From an uncultured Gammaproteobacteria bacterium (lineage in GTDB: Bacteria > Pseudomonadota > Gammaproteobacteria > Steroidobacterales > Steroidobacteraceae): a stretch of 64,000 bases of DNA. The notes beneath the pieces are model-generated. The model searched no databases, was not told the origin of the DNA, and was given only the letters and a program-made list of their open reading frames with translations. The stretch covers positions 268,714 to 332,713 of the forward strand of contig CAVYNI010000004.1 of NCBI GenBank assembly GCA_963769815.1, given 5' to 3'. Position 1 is the stretch's first letter. Every line of letters starts with the position of its first letter. Made by a program: the position numbers and the translations under genes. Positions 8,453 to 19,154 of this stretch are shown here, piece by piece.

Positions 8453-11147
8453 ATGATGAATACCAATACGAAGCTGTGCTGCGCGATTGCGGCGATCCTG
8501 GGCGGCTCCTCCGCCGGCATCGCCTACGCGGGCCCGGCGACCGACACCGCGGAGGTGGGTACGACCCCCGCGAGCGACACCCTTTCCGAGATCACGGTCA
8601 CCGCACAGCGTCGCACCGAGAATATCCAAGACGTGCCGATTTCAATCCAGGCACTCACGAGCGAAACACTCCAGCAGCTCAATGTCCAGACGTTCAACGA
8701 CTATATCAAGTACTTGCCGAACGTCACGACCGCGAGTAACGGGCCGGGCCAGAACGAGGTTTTCATGCGCGGCTTGAGCGCCGGCTCGCAGGCAAGCCAG
8801 GGCAGCGGCTCGACGGGCTTGTGGCCCAACGTCGCGATCTACCTGGACAACCAGTCCGCTCAGCTTCCAAACCGCAACCTGGACATTTATGCCGCGGACA
8901 TGAACCGGATCGAGGTTCTCGAGGGTCCGCAGGGCACGCTGTTCGGCGCGGGCGCCGAGGCCGGCGTCATCCGTTACATCACCAACGAGCCGAAGCTCGA
9001 CGTCACCGAGGGGAACGTCAAGGCGGGTTACAGCGTCACGGCGCACGGCGATCCGAACAGCGATGTGACGGCGGTATTGAACGTGCCGCTGATCGAAGGC
9101 ACCTTGGCCGTGCGCGGGGTGATTTACGACGACCAACGCGGCGGCTACATCGACAACGTGCCGGCGACGTTCACGCGCAAGAACACCGACCTCGGGATCG
9201 CGGTTGAAGGCTACGGCGATTATCCGGCCGGTTGCAACGCGGTGGGCGCGCCGCCCTGCCAGGTCCCACCGGGGAGCCCCGGGCTCCAGAACAGCAGCCT
9301 CGTGGGCAACAACATCAACTCGGTCGACTATCAAGGAATGCGCGTCGAGGCGCTGTACAAGATCAACGAGGACTGGAATGTGCTGCTCTCGCAGTCCTAC
9401 CAGGACATGAATGCGCAGGGGGTGTTCTATCAGCAGCCGAATGCCTCCGATGGCGCTCCGCTCCAGCCGCTCGAGGTCACCTTGTTCAATCCGGCCTACG
9501 ACAAGGACCGGTTCGAGAGCACCGCCTGGACCCTCAACGGCAAGTTCGCCGACATCAAGGCCGTCTATACCGGTGGTTACCTCGATCGTCATGTCGAGCA
9601 GCAAGGCGATTACACCAATTACGCCCGCGGCTTTTATGCCGACTATTATCAGTGCGTCGGCCCCTCCGAGGGCGTAGCCACCTCACGCTGCTACTCGCCG
9701 AGCGCCACCTGGCATTCGACCGAACAGAACGAGCATATGCAGCATGAACTGCGCTTCAGCACGCCGGATGAATGGCGCCTGCGCGCCATCGCCGGCGCCT
9801 TCTACGAGGACAACAAGCTCTACGATCAGACCGGTTGGATGTACAAGACCCTTCCGCCGTGCACGTCGAACGGAGCGCCGGGCACACCGGGCAACTCGGG
9901 CTGCTTGTCGAACGTCGGGACGTTCCCGGGCACCTACGTTCAAAATCCGGGGGTGCAGGGCGACAGCACGTCTTTCTATCAGGACCAGTTTCGCCAGACC
10001 AAGCAGACGGCCTTCTTCGCGTCCGGCGACTTCGACATCATTCCGAAGGTGCTGACCATCACGGCGGGAACGCGCCATTTCCTCTTTCAGAACTCCATGG
10101 AAGGCAGCGTGCTCTCGAGCTTCGGCTGTTTCGAGGCGGGGGTGCCGGCCGGCGGATGCCACAATCCCGCCTACAGCTACAACCTCAACGCCGACAATCT
10201 TCGCGACACCGAATCGGGCTTCAAGAGCCGCGGCAATCTCACCTGGCACATCACGCGCGATGTGATGGTGTATTACACGTACTCACAGGGCTTTCGCCCG
10301 GGCGGTTTCAATCAGAACGGCGATGCCATGCATGCCTACGGCCCCGATCAAGTCGCGCAATACTTGATTCCGCGCTCGTACTCATCCGACAACCTGACCA
10401 ACAACGAGATCGGCTGGAAGAGCGAATGGTTCGACCATCGCCTGCAGTTCAACGGCGCCGTCTATCGTGAGAACTGGGACAATGTGCAGATCGAGTTCTT
10501 CAATCCGGGCGTGGTCGGCAACCTGTTCTACGACACCAACGGTCAGGACTTCCGCATCAAAGGTATCGAGACCCAACTGGTCGCCCGGGTCACGAGCGGG
10601 CTGACGCTGCAATACTCGGCGGCCTGGAACCAGAGCGTGCAGACGAATTCGCCCGCGCTGATCAACAACAATCCGGCCAGTGCGAACTTCGGCAAGCCGA
10701 TCACGACGGTCTGCGGCGGCTCGTATTACACGGGCAGCTGCGCTCCCGTCTCGAATCCGTTCGGCCCCGTTGGCGCGCCGAGCGCCGATGCGCCGCCGAT
10801 CCAGATGAGCGGGCGCGCGCGCTACGATTGGAACATGGGCGGCCTACTCACCGTTCGTTCAAGCAAGCTTCACCCACACCGGCCATTCCTTCACGCAGGC
10901 GGGATCGAATCCGACCATTTTGCCCGGCGGAGCCATCAATACCTCCCGCGGACGGTTCGAAGTCCCCGCCTACTCGACCGTGGATGCCTCGATCGGCGTC
11001 ACCAAGGATAACTGGTGGGTCAACCTGTACGGTCAGAACCTCGCAAATTCGAACGCGAGCACCTTCATCAGCACCGATCAGTTCATCGTCGAGCAGACGC
11101 CCCTGCGGCCTCGCATCCTCGGAGGCTCGTTCGGCTACAAGTTCTGA
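8453..11147 (+). pseudogene. TonB-dependent receptor (copy 1), one frame break near 10844 (or a sequencing error)
   Basis: Signal peptide MMNTNTKLCCAIAAILGGSSAGIAYA, plug EITVTAQRRTENIQDVPISIQAL, and RIEVLEGPQGTLFGAG. The frame starting at 8453 loses sense after ...RYDWNMGG. The protein continues in the frame of ORF 10920..11147 (YSPFVQASFTHTGHSFTQ...GGSFGYKF stop). Confidence 0.8.
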
Positions 11148-11153
11148 CGCTCG

Positions 11154-11178
11154 AAGGGTGGCAGGGATGGCCACCCTT
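11154..11178. terminator. Hairpin between convergent genes (9-bp stem AAGGGTGGC/GCCACCCTT, 7-nt loop)
   Basis: Read directly. It lies between the TonB receptor stop (11147) and the stop of the minus-strand gene (11183). The plus-strand side is followed by TGCTCTATT. Confidence 0.45.
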
Positions 11179-11182
11179 TGCT

Positions 11183-12669
11183 CTATTGCGATTGGAGGCC
11201 CGCGTCGCGCATCGCATCGAGCTTGGAGTAATCGACCAGTGCGGCGCATTGCTCGATGGCGGGCATATCGATGCCGTCCCCACTCACATCTACGGTGAAG
11301 CGCCGCGCGACGATCGCGATCACCTCCCCGTGCTTGGACCGGCTGTCGTACTTCTCGTGCACGGGCCGGCCGGCGACCGTCGCGTTCTTCTCGAATCCCG
11401 TGTCGCTTTCCGAGCTCGCATTCGCGGCCATCGCATCCGCAAGGCCGAGCAAGCCCGACACCGCCGAGGCATCCACGATCTTGATTTGCACGTGCGTGCC
11501 GCCCGCGCCCGAGTACTCCCCGGTGGCCGAAGAGGCCTTCATGCCCATGGCGCCCTGGCTGTTGCCGGCCGAGTCGGTTCGCTGCATACCGGGCAGCGCA
11601 TCGGGCAGGAGCGTCTTCAGCGTTTGAAAATCGACGGGTTCGACCCGGCGGTTCCCTGACATCGCACCGCCCAGTGCGGCGACCACCGCGGCGGTCGCCG
11701 CGGCGCCTTGAGCGCCCGCGGTCGGGGTCTGCGCGCCGGGGGCTGCCGCGGGCGTCTGCGCCGCGCCGGCGATGAGGCTGCCGATCGCGGCGGCGGCCTG
11801 CTGCTGGCGCTCCGCGCGAGTCAAGCCGCTTTGAAAGCCGTACGGGCTGGGATAGAGGCTATAACCCGTGACGCGGCCGAACACCGAGATGAGAACGCCC
11901 AGCAGCAGCACGACGAAAATGCTGCAAACCACCGCCGTTGCGGTGTAGCCGACGGCCTTGTCCTGCGAACTTCGCATGAGCACCGGCAAGCCGAGATAGA
12001 GAATATAGATGCCGTACAACGCGGCCAGGAGCTGGAGCACCCCGCCGAGCCCGGGCAACAACACGAATACGGTGCCGACCGCCGCCGGCGTGAACATGTA
12101 GGCGGCGCACTTCATTGCCTGCCGCTGATTGCGCTGCCCGCGAAGGTCGGCGCAAGCGCATCGATAATCAGTCCCACGAGATATACACCGAGGAGCGCAA
12201 AGCCGAATCGGGTGAGCGCATAGATCAGGCCGGTGATCACCGGCAGGCGCCAGAAGCCGAATCCGATGAGCGACATCCGGATGAAATTCATCACCGCGGC
12301 GAAGGCCGCCAGCGGAATGACGTAGCCCTTGAAAAGCTGCGCCACGCTGGTCGGCTCGGCCGCGATGATCGGCCACTCGGTCTTCGGCGTGATGAGGATA
12401 TTCTTGACGCGGTCGATGAGCGTGCGCGTCGATGCCGTGGAGCCCGAATCCCAGGCCGCAGTGCCGGCGCATAGCCGCCCGGCGGCATCCCCCCTCCGGT
12501 GGAGTGCCCGGCGGCGCCGTGCTGCTCGAGCACCGGCGTCGCTCACCGGACCTCGGGGCGGCTGGTCGGTCGACGCGTCGGGATTGCCGGCGGAACTCAG
12601 CGGCTGACCGCAGTGACCACAAAATCGCGCATCATCGGCCACGGACTGGTTGCACTTTGGACATAGCAT
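11183..12669 (-). pseudogene. Zinc-ribbon / Yip1-domain membrane protein with an uncharacterised C-terminal domain; frame break near 12137 (possibly more in the Pro/Gly linker)
   Basis: The N-terminus MLCPKCNQSVADDARFCGHCGQPL is a zinc ribbon. A Yip1-like region follows (TPKTEWPIIAAEPTSVAQLFKGYVIPLAAF...). The frame stops after APTFAG-SAISGRQ, and the sense continues in the frame of ORF 11183..12622 (QRNQRQAMKCAAYMFTPAAVG...LYGIYILYLGLPVLM...). Confidence 0.6.
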
Positions 12670-12753
12670 GGCGTTTTCCTTTCTATTTAGTTATTCGGCC
12701 TCGTCGCTAAAGGACTTGCTGCTCGCCGCCTATGGTACGCCTAGTCATGGGCG

Positions 12754-13292
12754 TCAGAAATCCGCGGCGATGTCCTCCACCCAGGCGAGCATATGCTCGG
12801 CGTACAGCCGATCGACGAGAAGCAGCGTGGTGGCCTCATCGAGCCGCACTGCGAGCACGGACAGGTCGGCCATGCGGCTGGTGCGAGCCTCGCCGAACCG
12901 CGGCATCGAGGCGGCCGATCCGAGTCGCGCGAGCACCTCGCGCGTACGAGCGCCAGTGATTTCCCATACCGCAGGCCTCCGGTCTGATCCACGAAGCAGC
13001 CCCAGTCACTTGCGCCGTCATGCACTGCGCAAGGCCTCCGAATAGCCCCATCGGCGCACAGCAGCAACGTCTCCGTGGGCGTGCGCCAGGCCAGGGTGAG
13101 CCGCGAGCCGCGTGCCGGGCGACTCACCGCTTGCAGCGGTGCGGGTAGCGGGCCCCCGATGATTTCGGCGACACCGTGCGGAACGCATCGCGCGGCGTTG
13201 AAATATCGCAATACAGCCGGCCATGAGCTCGGTTCTCGGGCGCATCCTAAATTCCGGCAAGGTCGATGCTGAAGCGAGTCCGGGTCAGCCAC
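12754..13292 (-). pseudogene. soxG: Sarcosine oxidase gamma subunit, operon 1; frame break near 12973
   Basis: A GTG start overlaps the soxA stop by 8 nt (GTGGCTGA), the same architecture as operon 2 (ATGGCTGA). The N-terminal two thirds lie in the frame of ORF 12741..13292. The C-terminus (AVWEITGARTREVLARLGSAASMPRFGE...LAWVEDIAADF) lies in the frame of ORF 12754..12936. It aligns by eye with SoxG of operon 2. Confidence 0.65.
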
Positions 13293-16213
13293 GCAGGCGC
13301 TCGCCCGTGGGATCGACGAAGGGGCCTTTCACGACACATGGCCTCGAGCGTCGAACCCAGGTGGTGTACCAACACCCGCTCGCCCACACGCTCGAACCCG
13401 CGGGCGAGCATGCCGAGCGCGACGGGCGCCTCGAGCCCGGACTATAGTAGCTCGAGGTCACATGGCCTTCCGTCAGGGTCGGTGGCGGCGCGGATGCAAT
13501 CTGCGCGCCAACCGGCAACCGCGTACGGCCATCTGCGGGTGCCAGCGCAACCAGCTGTAAGCGCTCCGCCGCACGTGCGGCGGGCCGAAGCAGCGATCGG
13601 CGCCCGACGAAATTCGCCTGCTTGCGCTCGATGCCGCGTGCTAAGGCCGACATCGCCCGGCAAGGTGGTGCCGTCGGTGTCCGTACCGATGTGGATGAAG
13701 CATTTCTCCGTGCGCAAGATCTCGAGCGCCTCGATGCCATAGGGCACGCCTGCACTCGCGGCGCGAGCGCCCAGAGGCGGTCGAGGAAGGGCCTCATGTG
13801 CGCGACCGGCAAATTGATCTCGTAGCCCAGCTCGCCGCTGAAGCTCGCACGCAGCACGCGCAAGGGCACCCCATCGAGCGAGGCCGCGCGCAGGGTCATA
13901 TGCTTCATGACGCCCGGTGCGAGCCGCTGGGTCGAATCCGGCCGCGGCGAGCCAGTCCCACGCTCGGGGCCCGGCCACGGTAATGTTGCCCCACCGCGAG
14001 GTAACCTGGGTGACGAGCACTTTGAGATGGGTGTACTCGCACTGCAGCCACTCCTCGAAGGCTGCGGCCGTTCGCTCGACGCCCGCGCTGGTCGTATTGA
14101 CCCAGTAATGTCCCTCGCCGAGACATGCGACGATCCCGTCGTCCACGAGGATGCCGTTCTCGTTGAGCAGCACGCCGTAGCGCGCCTGACCCGGTGCGAG
14201 CGTCGACATCGTGCCCACATACATGAGATCGAGAAACTCGGCGGCGTCGACGCCGAATACCTCGAGCTTGCCGAGCGGCGAGCCGTCGAGCAGCCCCGCG
14301 CTTCGGCGCACCGCCAGAGCCTCACGCCGCGCCGCGGACTCGAGGTCTTCGCCCGCCCGAGGATAGGCCGCGGGCCGGTACCAGGAGCCGAATTGCTCGA
14401 ACAGCGCACCTCGCTCGCGGTGCCACTGCTCGTCGGGCAGTCGCTTCAAGGGACGGTAGAGCTCGCCACGGCGCCGGCCCACGAGCGCCCCCAAGGTCAC
14501 GGGGGCAAAGGGTGGACGAAATTTCGTCGTGCCGACCTCGCCCGGTGCGCGACCCGTGAGATCGCCCATGGAAACCAAGGCATTCACGTTGCTGGTCTTG
14601 CCCTGATCGGTTCCCATGCCGGTGGTCGTGTAGCGCTTGAGATGCTCGATCGAGCGATAATTCTCCCGCGCGGCGAGCGCGACGTCGTCCAGGGTCACAT
14701 CGTTCTGCAGATCCACGAAACGCTTGCCCGCCCGCAAGCGGTGGCGCGCACCGTCCGGCGCCTGCGTGAGGGCGAGCGATCGGCCGGCGCCGCCGACGGG
14801 CGCAGGCGGCGCAGGTGCGCCGCGCGCCAATGCCTCGCCGACTGCGGCGCCGTGCAGGCGCGCGGACTCGACGTCGAAGACACCGGCGCACGCCCCGACG
14901 CTGAACAGGCCGCGTGCCGCACCGTCGGGCACGAACATCGCGCACTCCTCGACCCATCGGAGCTTGCCCCCCGCCTGAGAGTGCAAATGCACGGCGGGCG
15001 CATGACCTCCGGCGCTCAAGACGGCATCGCACTCGAGCGCGACCGGCGCACGGCGCTCGCCGCTCTGCACGGTACAGCCCGCGACCGCGCGGACGCCGGC
15101 GACCCGCACGATGCTCGCCGACTCGAAGACGCGCACGCCCTTCGGCGCCGCGCCCCGGGCGCCGGGGTCGGCAGGTTCCCGGCGATCGACGATCGCAGCG
15201 ACGTCGATCCCGGCGGCCGCCAAAAACTCGGCCATTTGGTAAGCGGAGTCGCTGTTCGCGGCAATCACCACGCGGCGGCCGCAGGCCACGCCGAACCGTG
15301 CCGCGTATTTTTGGGCTGCGCCGGCGAGCATCACACCCGGCCGGTCATTGTCCGGAAAAAGCATCGGGCGCTCGATGGCGCCCGTCGCCGCCACGATGGC
15401 CCGGGCACGAATCTTCCAGAGGCGCTCGCGCAAACGCCCCGACTCCGGATTGCCGCTGCGGTCCTCGAGATTCTCGCGCGCGCACAACAGGTTGTGATCG
15501 TACACGCCGAAGCCGAGCGCACGGGGGAGCATGCGAACGCCCGCATTGGCCGCGGCCGCGAGGAGCTCGGCGATTCGCGCATCGCTCCCTGAGCGCAGCG
15601 CGCCGCCGAAATGCGCACCGCTTGTCATCAAGATCGTGCGCGCCCCTGCGCGCGCCGCGGCGGATGCAGCCGCAAGCCCCGCGATGCCGCCGCCGACCAC
15701 CGCGACGTCCGCCTCGATGGATGTCTCATCGTAGCGGTCGGGATCGAGCTCGCGTGTCCCACGGCCCAAGCCCGCCATACGGCGGATCGAGGGCTCGAAC
15801 AGATGCCAGCTCGGCCACTTGAACGTTTTGTAATAGAAGCCGGCGGGCAAGAGCGCGGAGAAGAAGCCGTTGAGTGCACCCAAGTCGAAGCCAACGCTCG
15901 GCCAGCAATTGACGCTGCGCGCCTCGAGACCGGGATGGAGCTCGAGGAGCGTTGCGCGCACGTTCGGCGTGCGCCGGCCTCCCGAGCCGATGTCGACCAG
16001 TCCGGTCGGCTCCTCGACGCCGCAGGAGATAATTCCGCGCGGTCGGTGCAGCTTGAAGCTTCGACCCACGAGCTGCACGCCGTTGGCGAGCAGCGCCGAT
16101 GCGAGCGTATCGCCCGCGAACCCCGTGAAGGCCTCGCCGTTGAATCGAAATGCGATGCTCGATGAGCGGTCGAGACGCTCGCCGGCCGGTGCGGGCAGAC
16201 GATAGGAGCTCAT
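13285..16213 (-). pseudogene. soxA: Sarcosine oxidase alpha subunit, operon 1; about 5 frame breaks in the last ~650 nt (near 13930, 13762, 13641, 13437, 13337)
   Basis: MSSYRLPAPAGERLDRSSSIAFRFNGEAFTGFAGDTLASALLANGV..., with an NAD/FAD fold and a GcvT-like C-terminal domain. The sense alternates between three frames: ...AAAGFDP / LAPGVMKHMTLRAASLDGVPLRVLRASFSGELGYEINLP / AGVPYGIEALEILRTEKCFIHIGTDTDG / ARGIERKQANFVGRRSL...GHVTSSYYSPG / LEAPVALGMLARGFERVGERVLVHHLGSTLEA / VVKGPFVDPTGERLRG stop. It is colinear with SoxA of operon 2. Confidence 0.85.
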
Positions 16214-16476
16214 GGGTCTGCCGCATCCGTCATGGCGTACACGCGCACGATCTCGTGGGTGACGGTGTCGCGCACGAGGTTGAACCATTGGCCGCAGCCG
16301 TACGAATGGCGCCAGCGCTCGCGGTGCAGTCCCTTCGGATTGTCGCGGAAGAACAGATACTCGCCCCAGGCGGCATCGTCGGCCGAAAGTGCGGGCCGCG
16401 CAATGTGCGAGGTGCCGCCGCAGACGAATTCGCTCTCATCGCGCGGGCCGCAGTAAATGCAAGGGATCAGCATCAT
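16210..16476 (-). CDS. soxD: Sarcosine oxidase delta subunit, operon 1
   Basis: 88 aa: MMLIPCIYCGPRDESEFVCGGTSHIARP...RERWRHSYGCGQWFNLVRDTVTHEI. The stop overlaps the soxA ATG (ATGA). Confidence 0.9.
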   Translation of the reverse strand: MMLIPCIYCGPRDESEFVCGGTSHIARPALSADDAAWGEYLFFRDNPKGLHRERWRHSYGCGQWFNLVRDTVTHEIVRVYAMTDAADP

Positions 16477-16491
16477 GTCGAACGCTCCGGC

Positions 16492-17718
16492 CTAGTGTGC
16501 GATGCCGGAGGCGGCTGCCTCGTCGATCAGACGTCCGGAGATGAATCGCTCCAGCTGAAAGGGCTCCGCCAGCGCATGATTGACCCCGGTTGCGAGCACA
16601 TGCGCGAACGTCCAACCGCCGACGGGAATGGCCTTGAAGCCGCCGGTACCCCAGCCGCAGTTGATGTACAGGCCCGGGATGGGCGTCGGCCCGATGATGG
16701 GGCTCGAGTCATGCACGACGTCCACGATGCCCGCCCACTGGCGCATCAAGCTCAAGCGGCTGAACGACGGAAAGAGCGCCAGTGTCGCCGCCAGGATCGA
16801 CTGCTTGACGGCGAAACTGCCGCGCTGTGCGTAAGAGGGAAACAAATCGAGCATCGCGCCGATCACGATCTCGCCTTTATCGGACTGGCTCACGTAGGCG
16901 CCGGTACCGGGGGACAGGATCACGGTGTCCAAGATCGGTTTGATGGGCTCGCTCACCATGGCCTGCAAGGCGTAGCTCGTGACCGGCAACCGGAATCCCG
17001 CGAGCTTCGCGAGCACCGAGCTGTGACCGGCCGCCGCAATGCCGATGCGCTCGGCGCGGATCGTGCCGCGCGTGGTCTTCACGCCGCTCACGCGGCCGCC
17101 CTCCTGAATGAACTCCTGCACCTCGCAGTTCTGGATGATGTCGACGCCGAGCGCCGCGGCTGCGCGGGCATAGCCCCAGGCCACCGCATCGTGCCGGGCG
17201 CAGCCCGCGCGGCGCTGGCAGAAGCCGCCGAGTACGGGGAAGCGTCCGTGAGGCGATACCGCGAGCGAGGGCGCGAGCGCCGCGATCTCGGCCGCGGTCA
17301 GCATCTCCGCCGCGACGCCGTTCATGCGCATGGCATTCGCCCAGCGCGCCATCGCGTCGAGGTCGTGACGGCTGTGCGCGAGAAGAATGAGGCCGCGCTG
17401 ACTCAGCATGATGTTGAAATTCAGCTCACGCGACAATCCCTCGTACAGCTTGAGGGAGAAGTCGTAGAGCCGCGCACTTTCCGGATAAAGGTAGTTGGAG
17501 CGAACGATGGTGGTGTTGCGCCCGGTGTTGCCGCCGCCGATCCAGCCGCGCTCGAGCACCGCGACGCGCTTCGCACCGTGATTCTTCGCGAGGTAATAGG
17601 CGGTGGCGAGCCCATGACCGCCGCCGCCCACGATCAGAACGTCATAGCGCGGTGAAGGCTCGGAATCGCGCCATGCCGGGCGCCAGAATTCATCTCCCGC
17701 AAGGGCGCCGCGCAGCAA
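16492..17718 (-). CDS. soxB: Sarcosine oxidase beta subunit, operon 1 (intact; start uncertain)
   Basis: [40 protein letters not shown] and a C-terminal [11 protein letters not shown]. The ORF-track start at 17718 is a TTG. Similarity to SoxB of operon 2 (MSRQAFSAFALIQRGLSG...) continues upstream as PYSRNYSAWGLLRGALAG. The only upstream in-frame candidate is CTG 17751, 7 nt after GAGGGG. Confidence 0.88.
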   Translation of the reverse strand: MLRGALAGDEFWRPAWRDSEPSPRYDVLIVGGGGHGLATAYYLAKNHGAKRVAVLERGWIGGGNTGRNTTIVRSNYLYPESARLYDFSLKLYEGLSRELNFNIMLSQRGLILLAHSRHDLDAMARWANAMRMNGVAAEMLTAAEIAALAPSLAVSPHGRFPVLGGFCQRRAGCARHDAVAWGYARAAAALGVDIIQNCEVQEFIQEGGRVSGVKTTRGTIRAERIGIAAAGHSSVLAKLAGFRLPVTSYALQAMVSEPIKPILDTVILSPGTGAYVSQSDKGEIVIGAMLDLFPSYAQRGSFAVKQSILAATLALFPSFSRLSLMRQWAGIVDVVHDSSPIIGPTPIPGLYINCGWGTGGFKAIPVGGWTFAHVLATGVNHALAEPFQLERFISGRLIDEAAASGIAH

Positions 17719-17762
17719 CCCCCAGGCGGAGTAATTTCTCGAGTATGGCAGCGGCGGACCCC

Positions 17763-19013
17763 TCAGCGCTCGGGCGAGCAGGCGCGCTGTTGTGCCGCTT
17801 GCTCGAGCCGGTCCTCAAGCTCCGTGCAGTACCAATCCACGAACTGGATGACGCCGCCCTCGTGCACGGGCGAGTACGGCGCGGGATCGTAGGCGGGAGA
17901 GTTCACACCGATTTGGTTTTCCTGGCATACGCGCCGGTCCGCCTCGTTCGTCGCGAGCCATACCTCGGTCATGCGCTTCAGGTCGTAATCGACGCCCTCC
18001 ACGGCATCCTTGTGAACCAGCCACTTCGTGGTGAGCAGCGTCTCGGTCGGGCTCACCGGCAACAGTCGAAACGAGATCGCGTGATCGGCGAGCACGTGGT
18101 TCCAGGTGCTCGGATAGTGAAACAGCAGCAAGGTGCCGAGGTCGGGCTCGGCGATGCTGTCGATCAGCGGCCGGCGCACCGCCGCCCTGCCGTCCATGGT
18201 GAAGCTCACCGCCCCTTCGACCAGCGGCATGCGCGAGGTGCGGTACTGGCCGTTCTCCGCAAGATGGAACCGGCTCGGCAAGCCGAGGGATTCCCAGTGA
18301 CTCCACTTGTTGGTGATCAAGGGATTCTTCTCCGCGCCTTCGACGCCGGTGACGGTCGGGGTCTCCGGAAAGGTGCGAATGAGCTCGGGGTGATTGGCGG
18401 AGCAGTGATAGCACTCGCGATTGTTCTCCCACACGAGCTTCCAGTTGGCGCGCTCGACGATGGTGGTCTCGAAGGCCACCTTCGTCTGGTGCAGCTTGTG
18501 CGGCAAGAAGTAGGGCTCGATGTGCCGGCGGATCACCTCGAAATCCGGGGCCACCTTGGCAAGACACACCCAGATGTAGCCGCCGACGCTCGCGCAGTGC
18601 ACGACATGCAGACCGTATTGCGAGCGGTCGAATCCGGCGCCCATGTCGCGCGCGGCGAACAAGCGCCCGTCGAGATGATAGGTCCATTGATGATACGGAC
18701 ACACCAGCCGGGTCACCGAGCCGCGCTCGGCGGAGCAAATCCGCGAGCCGCGATGCCGGCAGGCATTGTGAAACGCATGCAGCTCACCGCTGCGGTCGCG
18801 AACCACGACGACCGGGTATTCGCCGATCTGCACCGTCAGGTAATCGCCGGGATTCGGCACCTCGCAGTCATGACCGACGAACAGCCAGTCCCGATACCAG
18901 ATCATCTCGAGGTCGACCCGATGCTCTTCCTCGCCGCAGTAAAATTCCCGCTCGAGGGCGGTCTCGTGCTTGCGGCGCCGCAGCCGGTCGAGCATGACCT
19001 CGCGCGCGCTCAT
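17763..19013 (-). CDS. Rieske [2Fe-2S] non-heme-iron oxygenase alpha subunit, GbcA/Stc2-like (candidate betaine N-demethylase)
   Basis: 416 aa. Rieske motif CRHRGSRICSAERGSVTRLVCPYHQW. The catalytic domain contains NNRECYHCSANHPEL. It lies directly upstream of soxB on the same strand. No partner reductase gene is present in the window. Confidence 0.85.
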   Translation of the reverse strand: MSAREVMLDRLRRRKHETALEREFYCGEEEHRVDLEMIWYRDWLFVGHDCEVPNPGDYLTVQIGEYPVVVVRDRSGELHAFHNACRHRGSRICSAERGSVTRLVCPYHQWTYHLDGRLFAARDMGAGFDRSQYGLHVVHCASVGGYIWVCLAKVAPDFEVIRRHIEPYFLPHKLHQTKVAFETTIVERANWKLVWENNRECYHCSANHPELIRTFPETPTVTGVEGAEKNPLITNKWSHWESLGLPSRFHLAENGQYRTSRMPLVEGAVSFTMDGRAAVRRPLIDSIAEPDLGTLLLFHYPSTWNHVLADHAISFRLLPVSPTETLLTTKWLVHKDAVEGVDYDLKRMTEVWLATNEADRRVCQENQIGVNSPAYDPAPYSPVHEGGVIQFVDWYCTELEDRLEQAAQQRACSPER

Positions 19014-19154
19014 ATGGACTTTTGCAATGGGCTCGATCCCCTCAATCAGCGGGCACTCAGTCTAGCAGCAGCCCTTTGGCGCGGCATGACTGCGCGCGAC
19101 GTGTTCCACCGGGGAAGCGACCGCCTCGCGTGCATTCTGGGTAAACTGCGCTGC

